DNA of 64,000 nt. It comes from Macrostomum lignano (lineage: Eukaryota). Shown here one piece after another: positions 31,701-41,000 of this stretch (position 1 is its first letter; each line of letters begins with the position of its first letter). A program made the translations under genes and the position numbers. Location of the stretch: contig NIVC01003570.1 in the NCBI GenBank assembly GCA_002269645.1, forward strand, positions 1 to 64,000, in the 5' to 3' direction. Under the pieces are notes generated by a model that saw only the letters and a list, made by a program, of their open reading frames with translations, was not told the origin of the DNA and did no database searches.

Positions 31701-32944
31701 CTCGATACTCCGCAGGCCTACAAGGACAGGGCAAACCTGCTGCCGGAGCCCCTGCTGCCCAACCTCAACGAGCGATTCACCAAAGAGCAGCTGCTGTTCA
31801 TCGCCTACTCACAGGTGAGAATCCTGGCCCGCTGCTCTAAGCCTAATGAGGCTGCCTTGTTCAACTGTGCTGGTCCCGCCTCCAGCTTTGATTTTATCCC
31901 ATCCAAGATTTCACATCTCTTAGCTGCCGTGCTTTTCAGTTTCTCCCTGCTCCCCAATTCCCTAATCCCCAATTCCCGATTCCCCAATTTCCGAATCCCT
32001 GATTCCCTAATCCCCAATTCCCGAATCCCCAATTCCCGAATCCCCAATTCCTGAATCCCCAATTCCCGAATCCCCAATTCCCGAATCCCCAATTCCCGAA
32101 TCCCCAATTCCCGAATCCCCAATTCCCGAATCCCCAATTCCTGAATCCCCAATTCCCGAATCCCCAATTCCCGAATCCCCAATTCCCGAATCCCCAATTC
32201 CCGAATCCCCAATTCCCGAATCCCCAATTCCCGAATCCCCAATTCCCGAATCCCCAATTCCCGAATCCCCAAATTCCCTAATCTCCAATTCCCTAATCTC
32301 CAATTCCCGAATCTTTAATTCCCGAATCCCCAATTCCTGAATCCCCAATTCCCAAATCCCTAATTCCCGAATCTTCTCCAATTCCCGAATCCCCAATTCC
32401 CGAATCCCCAAAATACTCTAGTCCCTAATTTCCGAATCTTTCCGAATTTCCGAATTCCCCAGAATTCCCGTGATCTCCGCTTCCCAAAGATTCTCACTTC
32501 CTGTAGTGAATTGTCCTAACTTCTAAACTCCCTTAGCCCCAAAGCGGCCTTTTCGTGTGACAAACTCAAAGTAGGGTCGAACTTGCTCAGCAGTCTTTAT
32601 CAGCCAGCCATTGCCACACGCCGTCCTCTCTCAGTGTGCACAGGTGTTTCTTTTATGGCGATGAATAATCGGGCTTTGTGGAAGATTTTACGTTTCAAAT
32701 CTTTATTTGTCTACTTTTCTCAGTAGTTTAAATCGATCTCTCACTTCTCCTTTGTATCGCCGCGCAGACCTGGTGCGAGCTGGAGACCAAGGAGTCGGTG
32801 CGCCAGTCGGCGAAGGTGGACCCGCACCCGCCCGGCAAGATGCGGGTGTGGGGGCCCATCAGCAACAACCACGACTTTGGTGGCGTCTTTAAATGCCCGG
32901 CCGGGGCTCGGATGAACCCGGTGAAAAAATGCACCGTCTGGTGA
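19702..32944 (+). CDS. M13 family zinc metallopeptidase (neprilysin/ECE-like), type II membrane protein, 818 aa; exons 19702-20059, 20779-20982, 22348-22859, 24017-24100, 24238-24386, 24805-25678, 31716-31814, 32768-32944
   Basis: All introns are GT-AG with consistent phases (1,1,0,0,2,0,0); 2457 nt. TM segment [21 protein letters not shown]; [12 protein letters not shown]; RLYASCMN; INAYY; HEVTH zinc motif; GESIADNGG; [13 protein letters not shown]; DPHPP; FKCP....MNP.KKCTVW*. Confidence 0.95.
20190..20750. repeat. 15-bp minisatellite (GGGTGAGAGTGGATG) in neprilysin intron 1
   Basis: Visible tandem units. Confidence 0.92.
21100..22320. repeat. Two blocks (21100-21430 and 21920-22320) of 15-bp minisatellite (GGATTCGGGATCATT and variants) in neprilysin intron 2
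   Basis: Visible tandem units separated by unique sequence. Confidence 0.9.
22985..23790. repeat. Degenerate ~21-bp ACCATAGCAACC... minisatellite, interrupted by a SINE at 23141-23509
   Basis: Visible units on both sides of the insertion. Confidence 0.85.
23141..23509 (-). mobile_element. tRNA-headed SINE (~370 bp) with A-rich tail and 13-bp TSD
   Basis: Minus strand starts GGGGGCCGTAGCCCAGCGGTAG with A box TAGCCCAGCGG (23490-23500) and B-box-like GGCTCGATTCC (23447-23457); ends AATAAAAAATAAAAAAA; TAATGTATACCAT on both sides (23128-23140 and 23510-23522). Confidence 0.8.
24415..24775. repeat. 20-bp minisatellite (GGGTCTGAGCAGCTCCCACA) in neprilysin intron 5
   Basis: Visible tandem units. 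Confidence 0.95.
26067..26240 (-). repeat. 3' LTR of the Gypsy element (174 bp)
   Basis: Identical by eye to 30528-30701; adjacent to the PPT at 26241-26250. Confidence 0.97.
26355..30392 (-). CDS. Gag-Pol polyprotein, 1345 aa from the ATG at 30392 (the track ORF extends to 30560, inside the LTR)
   Basis: Two zinc knuckles (CSHCDKPGH..., [14 protein letters not shown]); protease LVDTAA; RT LRLCVD...PFG...YQDD; RNase H CDSS..ALG, TDHQAL; integrase [23 protein letters not shown]. Confidence 0.96.
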   Translation of the reverse strand: MSSSDNATAPELRLNLREPPPFLENPGTPVVSWETWAAEFDTYLLASGVDGLQEARKIALLVHCLGREGVRVYRTLIKSPDEAPATLEAACKLLKEHFQPTVSVYAKRHDFRKCVQRSGEGVHAFVANLRHAARDCEFQSLHDDLILDQLIFGTSSAKVRERLLLERKLTLDGAIQIAAQVEKAVQSEKSLTGKNAADDGIRKINVKRAPIGTRGQTARPLQEPCCSHCDKPGHRTGSDPRCAARGKACKKCGKLNHFASVCKSSTTVPHSAQKKVQGVDFDSSAQQSIFAVSTDKKGEYKRASVRINGFSTPLLVDTAAKVSIINMQTCRKLFGAKVPLRPSKRQLVSYNGSSISVAGEIDATVEFECVQLPSFTFTVVMDGDDLMGIDLMDKLNCRVLGPSGHQIAAVESEEPPTTSMPEWIPAKYHALGTGLGEIKGFCHRPRVDPTVSPVAQRLRRLPLALRQECDSEIQRWEEEGIIERVDGDIPDWQSNVTCARKADGKLRLCVDLRSVNKAIIPDSMSLPTFADLVTEFNNSKFFSRIDLNQSYLQLPLHDDAKNLTCFHTESGLYRFRRMPFGISSAPAAFQKVVGKILQGIRGVVHYQDDIAVHAATEAEHESRVLQVLDKLLQHRVTVNLKKCTFKASEIEFVGHRVSAAGIQPLQSHTESVSKLKAPTNTAELASFLGFAKFFQFYIKNLSHVAEPLTALLRKDAPWNWDAKCEAAFSEVKRLISSAPCLKFFDQDHETVVSCDSSDVALGATLSQVDEHGQLRPVAFASRALSDTERRYSASEKEALACVWSCEHWHLLLYGRKFKLLTDHQALTTLLSPRGVGQRPLRLQRWCERLFVYDFDIEYVPGKLNVQPDFLSRYGYDGKSAANESNEQHQSESDINLVLARSAEPISVTQLADATKSDNQLQRVIGFLINGWPAEVPADLKGFHQVQHELYLWNDGCCLARGSRAVIPTNLRDLVLAEAHQGHLGVAKVKARCRDTVWWPRIDSDVEAFVRNCSACVLSEKAFKPIKVPWSTTELPAGPWRQLQVDVVGELPEANVPQSHRFFIVVHDLYSKWPEIIASLSVTSAACIEALRSLFVRWGLPDEITTDNGPQFVSTEFTDFLSSLGIKHRRTPFYCPQQNGGVERFNGFIKTSLRALLADGVPVKQAVQELLLAYRSSEHALTKKSPAELMLGRKLRLPLDRLQPVSTESTMDQELRCSVTERQQRAKSRRRMRKRNQPLKDAALTVGSRIRVRRPRRGKLSSGVSEPQTVVSREGNTITLTDGSRWHISRCILDDYHGWGDGADDTEALQQPDGGQPEAMPPTPPLRRSERLRAPPQWFGNVVTHD
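30528..30701 (-). repeat. 5' LTR of the Gypsy element (174 bp)
   Basis: Identical by eye to 26067-26240; adjacent to the PBS. Confidence 0.97.
31950..32460. repeat. 15-bp minisatellite (CCCCAATTCCCGAAT) in neprilysin intron 7
   Basis: Visible tandem units. Confidence 0.93.
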
Positions 32945-33109
32945 GGGCTGAACCTGCCCAGTTCCGAATTTGAAAACTCGAAACCCAAAAATTTTTCCCA
33001 TTGTTTGCAACAAACAATTTTCCGAAAACAAGTATTCTCAAAAAGATCACTTTTTAAAAAATCGACCATTTGAACTACATAAACTAGAAACCCCTTTTTA
33101 ACAGCGCTC

Positions 33110-33370
33110 CAACCCCAGACCAAGCCCTCCAACTCTAACCCCAATGTACGCGCACCCCAGACCAAGCCCTCCAACTCTAACCCCAATGTACACGCACCCC
33201 AGACCAAGCCCTCCAACTCTAACCCCAATGTACACGCACCCCAGACCCAGCCCTCCAACTCTAACCCCAATGTACACGCACCCCAGACCCAGCCCTCCAA
33301 CTCTAACCCCAATGTACACGCACCCCAGACCAAGCTCTCCCAACTCTAACCCCAACACGCACCCCAGACC
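33110..33370. repeat. 42-bp minisatellite, ~6 copies, downstream of the neprilysin stop
   Basis: Unit CCCCAGACCAAGCCCTCCAACTCTAACCCCAATGTACACGCA. Confidence 0.92.
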
Positions 33371-34011
33371 ACGCCAGTCTACTAAGCTCTGTCTGTTTTA
33401 CTGTAGACAGCAGAAACAAAATTTTGAAACCGAAATTTAACACTCTAGATTTTAAGAAATGTGGAGTAACAAATAATTCACCACACAATTTTGGCTTAAG
33501 GAATTTTAGTTTTATGCAATATTAATTCTGTAACTGTTGTGATTTTGTACAGCCGGCTAATGTGTATTTTTTGTATTCAGCATCGAAGCCGCAGTAGAAA
33601 TGTGTTGTTGGTCTCGCATTTGTCAGCCTGCTGTCTATTCTATACTTGCGCTTATTATATATACGAAGCTGATATTTTATCATAGCCTGTCAGACTGATG
33701 CCACCTGTTTGATCTTCATCCAATCAGCCGATCGATCTGGACGCACGCCGGTCCACGAGGTTCGGCACCGGAAAGCTTTGACATTCTGTTCGATTTTTCA
33801 TCTTTATTTTTTGCTTTAGAATAGAATCTGTAGCACTGCCCGCTGATATTCTGACCCGCAATTATTTAAACCATTTTTTCTGTTTATGTCAGTCTCGCAG
33901 CTTGCCGAATATTTTATCCACGTTTCCCGAATTCTGCAATTCTCGCTCTGCGTTTGATTTGTGCGCCCTGAATTGCGATGCCGCTCGCCCTTTATGCTAC
34001 TGACAGCTGCG

Positions 34012-36925
34012 GTAAGTAGTATGATGGGATTGTATTCTACTCGACTGGAAGTAGTATGATGGGATTGTATTCTACTCGACTGTAAGTAGTATGATGGGAT
34101 TGTATTCTACTCGACTGTAAGTAGTATGATGGGATTGTATTCTACCTAACTGTAAGTAGTATAATGGGATTGTTACCCGACTGTAAGTAGTATGATGGGA
34201 TTGTATTCTACCTAACTGTAAGTAGTATAATGGGATTGTTACCCGACTGTAAGTAGTATGATGGGATTGTATTCTACTCGACTGTAAGTAGTATGATGGG
34301 ATTTTATACTACTCAAGTGTAAGTAGTGTGATGATGGGATTGTATTCTACTCGTCTGGAAGTAGTATGAAGGGATTGTATTCTACTCGACTGTAAGTAGT
34401 ATGATGGGATTGCATTCTACTCGACTGTAAGTAGTATGATGGGATTGTATTCTACTCGACTGTAAGTAGTATGATGGGATTGTATTCTACTCGACTGTAA
34501 GTAGTATGATGGGATTGTATTCTACTCGACTGTAAGTAGTATGATGGGATTGTATTCTACTCGACTGGAAGTAGTATGATGGGATTGTATTCTACTCGAC
34601 TGGAAGTAGTATGATGGGATTGTATTCTACTCGACTGTAAGTAGTATGATGGGATTGTATTCTACTCGACTGTAAGTAGTATGATGGGATTGTATTCTAC
34701 TCGACTGGAAGTAGTATGATGGGATTGTATTCTACTCGACTGTAAGTAGTATGATGGGATTGTATTCTACTCGACTGTAAGTAGTATGATGGGATTGTAT
34801 TCTACCTAACTGTAAGTAGTATAATGGGATTGTTACCCGACTGTAAGTAGTATGATGGGATTGTATTCTACTCGACTGTAAGTAGTATGATGGGATTTTA
34901 TACTACTCAAGTGTAAGTAGTGTGATGATGGTATTGTATTCTACTCGACTGTAAGTATTATGTTGGGATTGTATTCTACTCGACTGTAAGTAGTATGAAG
35001 GGATTGTATTCTACTCGACTGTAAGTAGTATGAAGGGATTGTATTCTACTCGACTGTAAGTAGTATGAAGGGATTGTATTCTACTCGACTGTAAGTAGTA
35101 TGAAGGGATTGTATTCTACTCGACTGTAAGTAGTATGAAGGGATTGTATTCTACTCGACTGTAAGTAGTATGAAGGGATTGTATTCTACTCGACTGTAAG
35201 TAGTATGAAGGGATTGTATTCTACTCGACTGTAAGTAGTATGATGGGATTGTATTCTACTCGACTGGAAGTAGTATGATGGGATTGTATTCTACTCGACT
35301 GTAAGTAGTATGATGGGATTGTATTCTACTCGACTGTAAGTAGTATGATGGGATTGTATTCTACTCGACTGTAAGTAGTATGATGGGATTGTATTCTACT
35401 CGACTGTAAGTAGTATGATGGGATTTTATACTACTCAAGTGTAAGTAGTGTGATGATGGTATTGTATTCTACTCGACTGTAAGTATTATGTTGGGATTGT
35501 ATTCTACTCGACTGTAAGTAGTATGATGGGATTGTATTCTACTCGACTGTAAGTAGTATGATGGGATTGTATTCTACTCGACTGTAAGTAGTATGATGGG
35601 ATTGTATTCTACCTAACTGTAAGTAGTATAATGGGATTGTATTCTACTCGACTGGAAGTAGTATGATGGGATTGTTACCCGACTGTAAGTAGTATGATGG
35701 GATTGTATTCTACTCGACTGTAAGTAGTAAGATGGGATTGTATTCTACTCGACTGAAAGTAGTATGATGGGATTGCATTCTACTCGACTGAAAGTAGTAT
35801 GAAGGGATTGTATTCTACTCGACTGTAAGTAGTATGATGGGATTGTATTCTACTCGACTGGAAGTAGTATGATGGGATTGTATTCTACTCGACTGTAAGT
35901 AGTAAGATGGGATTGTATTCTACCTAACTGTAAGTAGTATGAAGGGATTGTATTCTACTCGACTGTAAGTAGTATGAAGGGATTGTATTCTACTCGACTG
36001 TAAGTAGTATGAAGGGATTGTATTCTACTCGACTGTAAGTAGTATGAAGGGATTGTATTCTACTCGACTGTAAGTAGTATGAAGGGATTGTATTCTACTC
36101 GACTGTAAGTAGTATGAAGGGATTGTATTCTACTCGACTGTAAGTAGTATGAAGGGATTGTATTCTACTCGACTGTAAGTAGTATGAAGGGATTGTATTC
36201 TACTCGACTGTAAGTAGTATGAAGGGATTGTATTCTACTCGACTGTAAGTAGTATGAAGGGATTGTATTCTACTCGACTGTAAGTAGTATGAAGGGATTG
36301 TATTCTACTCGACTGTAAGTAGTATGATGGGATTGTATTCTACCTAACTGTAAGTAGTATAATGGGATTGTATTCTACTCGACTGGAAGTAGTATGATGG
36401 GATTGTTACCCGACTGTAAGTAGTATGATGGGATTGTATTCTACTCGACTGTAAGTAGTATGATGGGATTGTATTCTACTCGACTGTAAGTAGTATGATG
36501 GGATTGTATTCTACTCGACTGTAAGTAGTATGATGGGATTGCATTCTACTCGACTGTAAGTAGTATGATGGGATTGTATTCTACTCGACTGTAAGTAGTA
36601 TGATGGGATTGTATTCTACTCGACTGTAAGTAGTATGATGGGATTGTATTCTACCTAACTGTAAGTAGTATGATGGGATTGTATTCTACTCGACTGTAAG
36701 TAGTATGATGGGATTGTATTCTACTCGACTGTAAGTAGTATGATGGGATTGTATTCTACCTAACTGTAAGTAGTAAGATGGGATTGTATTCTACTCGACT
36801 GTAAGTAGTATGAAGGGATTGTATTCTACCTAACTGTAAGTAGTAAGATGGGATTGTATTCTACTCGACTGTAAGTAGTAAGATGGGATTGTATTCTACT
36901 CGACTGAAAGTAGTATGAAGGGATT
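34012..36925. repeat. 35-bp minisatellite (GTAAGTAGTATGATGGGATTGTATTCTACTCGACT), ~80 copies
   Basis: Visible tandem units with several variant types. Confidence 0.97.
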
Positions 36926-37444
36926 CTTAACTACTCGAGCAGTTTTCGGGCAGCTTTTCATGGTAGCAGTGCTGGCCGTGCAGCTGCAGTATTGCTGTCC
37001 GCAGAGTCCTGTCCGCCTGCACTGTTTATTAAGGCTCTGCATCCATTCAATGTTGTTGATTGCAATATTTCATATTTTGTCTAAACAATTTTTTTGTTTG
37101 CTTCAGCATTCTAAGTTGTCACCTGCAGGCTCTACGGAGCTCAGATGTGGTCTCATTGTAATTGTCTTGCACCGCTTTTATAAATTTTTTAACTGGCGGG
37201 GACTTCTGCAACAAAATTCAAAATATACTACTCTTGTCAACGCTTATATAAGCAACGATTTTTTTAAGCTTTGATTTGTGTCGCGTGATAAGAAAAATCT
37301 CGATAAACTTTTGCGTTGTAATTGTCGGGATTTTTTGCTTCGTTATTGATTTTTGCAGTGCATAACTTTGTGCAGTGCGGATGCATGGGTGATGCACCAG
37401 TGCAATCATTTTGCATCCTAAAATTGATCCAGGAATCAAGACCA

Positions 37445-37900
37445 GCAATTAAGGCTTGTTGAGTCACCAATGAGACAGAGCTTACATTGGGTTAAAGGCT
37501 TGTTGAGTCAGCAATGAGACAGAGCTTACATTGGATTAAAGGCTTGCTGAGTCAGCAATGAGACAGAGCTTACATTGGGTTGAAGGCTTGTTGAGTCAGC
37601 AATGAGACAGAGCTTACATTGGGTTAAAGGCTTGTTGAGTCAGCAATGAGACAGAGCTTACATTGGGTTAAAGGCTTGTTGAGTCAGCAATGAGACAGAG
37701 CTTACATTGGGTTAAAGGCTTGCTGAGTCAGCAATGAGACAGAGCTTACATTGGGTTAAAGGCTTGTTGAGTCAGCAATGAGACAGAGCTTACATTGGGT
37801 TAAGGGCTTGCTAAGTCACCAATGAGACAGAGCTTACATTGGGTTAAAGGCTTGCTCAGTTAGCAATGACAGAGCTTGCTGAGTCAGAGCTTACATTGGT
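37445..37900. repeat. 44-bp minisatellite (GAGTCAGCAATGAGACAGAGCTTACATTGGGTTAAAGGCTTGTT), ~9 copies
   Basis: Visible tandem units. Confidence 0.93.
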
Positions 37901-38048
37901 TAAAACCTTCGATCTATTTTGTTAGGGATAGTTTACTACAAATCAGCCAGACTCAACCGCAGACTCGGTGTGACATTGGGGGCGAAGCTTTCAAGAGTTT
38001 GTTTTAATCACTCAGTTGGCATCGCGGCCAGTGAGCAGCCGCAGTCTC

Positions 38049-41000
38049 TCACACGCGAAGGAAGAATTCCCCAGGTACGTCCTGTAGCTCGTGCGGCAGA
38101 ACGGGCAGTCTCAGCAGGTAGCAGGCGTCCAGGTGGAACAGCACGGCCTGGCAGTCGGCACCGCAGCTGAGTATGCAGTCGGTCAGGTCCGTCACGGGCT
38201 GCACGGTCCGGTAGAGGGGCCCACTAGAGGATGTCACGTTCAGGTAGACTTTTTCGGACCGAGTGAACACATTGCACGGGAACAAGGGAAATTTGCACGG
38301 TTGAGATCTTGGAAGTTCCGCTGATAGTAACGATAAAAACTAATTGCAGGCCCAATGTCGCTGAGAAAGCATACAGTGTTATTGATCTGGTGTAAGTATG
38401 GAGCGGTTTATTCGCAGCGAGCGTGTGTCTTGGTCTGAGGGTTTCACAAGTTTATTGCTGGTTGAAGGGTGTCTTGGTCTGAGGTGGTTTCACAAGTTTA
38501 TTGCTGGTTGAAGGGTGTCTTGGTCTGAGGTGGTTTCACAAGTTTATTGCTGGTTGAAGGGTGTCTTGGTCTGAGGGTTTCACAAGTTTATTGCTGGTTG
38601 AAGGGTGTCTTGGTCTGAGGGTTTCACAAGTTTATTGCTGGTTGAAGGGTGTCTTGGTCTGAGGGTTTCACAAGTTTATTGCTGGTTGAAGGGTGTCTTG
38701 GTCTGAGGGTTTCACAAGTTTATTGCTGATTGAAGGGTGTCTTGGTCTGAGGGTTTCACAAGTTTATTGCTGGTTGAAGGGTGTCTTGGTCTGAGGGTTT
38801 CACAAGTTTATTGCTGATTGAAGGGTGTCTTGGTCTGAGGGTTTCACAAGTTTATTGCTGGTTGAAGGGTGTCTTGGTCTGAGGGTTTCACAAGTTTATT
38901 GCTGGTTGAAGGGTGTCTTGGTCTGAGGGTTTCACAAGTTTATTGCTGATTGAAGGGTGTCTTGGTCTGAGGGTTTCACAAGTTTATTGCTGATTGAAGG
39001 GTGTCTTGGTCTGAGGGTTTCACAAGTTTATTGCTGATTGAAGGGTGTCTTGGTCTGAGGGTTTCACAAGTTTATTGCTGATTGAAGGGTGTCTTGGTCT
39101 GAGGGTTTCACAAGTTTATTGCTGGTTGAAGGGTGTCTTGGTCTGAGGGTTTCACAAGTTTATTGCTGATTGAAGGGTGTCTTGGTCTGAGGGTTTCACA
39201 AGTTTATTGCTGGTTGAAGGGTGTCTTGGTCTGAGGGTTTCACAAGTTTATTGCTGGTTGAAGGGTGTCTTGGTCTGAGGGTTTCACAAGTTTATTGCTG
39301 GTTGAAGGGTGTCTTGGTCTGAGGGTTTCACAAGTTTATTGCTGGTTGAAGGGTGTCTTGGTCTGAGGGTTTCACAAGTTTATTGCTGATTGAAGGGTGT
39401 CTTGGTCTGAGGGTTTCACAAGTTTATTGCTGGTTGAAGGGTGTCTTGGTCTGAGGGTTTCACAAGTTTATTGCTGATTGAAGGGTGTCTTGGTCTGAGG
39501 GTTTCACAAGTTTATTGCTGGTTGAAGGGTGTCTTGGTCTGAGGGTTTCACAAGTTTATTGCTGGTTGAAGGGTGTCTTGGTCTGAGGGTTTCACAAGTT
39601 TATTGCTGGTTGAAGGGTGTCTTGGTCTGAGGGTTTCACAAGTTTATTGCTGATTGAAGGGTGTCTTGGTCTGAGGGTTTCACAAGTTTATTGCTGATTG
39701 AAGGGTGTCTTGGTCTGAGGGTTTCACAAGTTTATTGCTGGTTGAAGGGTGTCTTGGTCTGAGGGTTTCACAAGTTTATTGCTGATTGAAGGGTGTCTTG
39801 GTCTGAGGGTTTCACAAGTTTATTGCTGGTTGAAGGGTGTCTTGGTCTGAGGGTTTCACAAGTTTATTGCTGGTTGAAGGGTGTCTTGGTCTGAGGGTTT
39901 CACAAGTTTATTGCTGGTTGAAGGGTGTCTTGGTCTGAGGGTTTCACAAGTTTATTGCTGGTTGAAGGGTGTCTTGGTCTGAGGGTTTCACAAGTTTATT
40001 GCTGGTTGAAGGGTGTCTTGGTCTGAGGGTTTCACAAGTTTATTGCTGATTGAAGGGTGTCTTGGTCTGAGGGTTTCACAAGTTTATTGCTGGTTGAAGG
40101 GTGTCTTGGTCTGAGGGTTTCACAAGTTTATTGCTGGTTGAAGGGTGTCTTGGTCTGAGGGTTTCACAAGTTTATTGCTGGTTGAAGGGTGTCTTGGTCT
40201 GAGGGTTTCACAAGTTTATTGCTGATTGAAGGGTGTCTTGGTCTGAGGGTTTCACAAGTTTATTGCTGATTGAAGGGTGTCTTGGTCTGAGGGTTTCACA
40301 AGTTTATTGCTGGTTGAAGGGTGTCTTGGTCTGAGGGTTTCACAAGTTTATTGCTGATTGAAGGGTGTCTTGGTCTGAGGGTTTCACAAGTTTATTGCTG
40401 GTTGAAGGGTGTCTTGGTCTGAGGGTTTCACAAGTTTATTGCTGGTTGAAGGGTGTCTTGGTCTGAGGGTTTCACAAGTTTATTGCTGATTGAAGGGTGT
40501 CTTGGTCTGAGGGTTTCACAAGTTTATTGCTGATTGAAGGGTGTCTTGGTCTGAGGGTTTCACAAGTTTATTGCTGATTGAAGGGTGTCTTGGTCTGAGG
40601 GTTTCACAAGTTTATTGCTGATTGAAGGGTGTCTTGGTCTGAGGGTTTCACAAGTTTATTGCTGGTTGAAGGGTGTCTTGGTCTGAGGGTTTCACAAGTT
40701 TATTGCTGATTGAAGGGTGTCTTGGTCTGAGGGTTTCACAAGTTTATTGCTGGTTGAAGGGTGTCTTGGTCTGAGGGTTTCACAAGTTTATTGCTGGTTG
40801 AAGGGTGTCTTGGTCTGAGGGTTTCACAAGTTTATTGCTGGTTGAAGGGTGTCTTGGTCTGAGGGTTTCACAAGTTTATTGCTGGTTGAAGGGTGTCTTG
40901 GTCTGAGGGTTTCACAAGTTTATTGCTGGTTGAAGGGTGTCTTGGTCTGAGGGTTTCACAAGTTTATTGCTGGTTGAAGGGTGTCTTGGTCTGAGGGTTT

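Noticed and set aside
33978-37274. Possible + strand gene with an intron spanning the 35-bp array (ATGCCG...G|GTAAGT to the ORF at 36915-37274)
   Set aside because: The donor is simply the first repeat unit, and the peptide has no recognisable motif and AT-rich composition.
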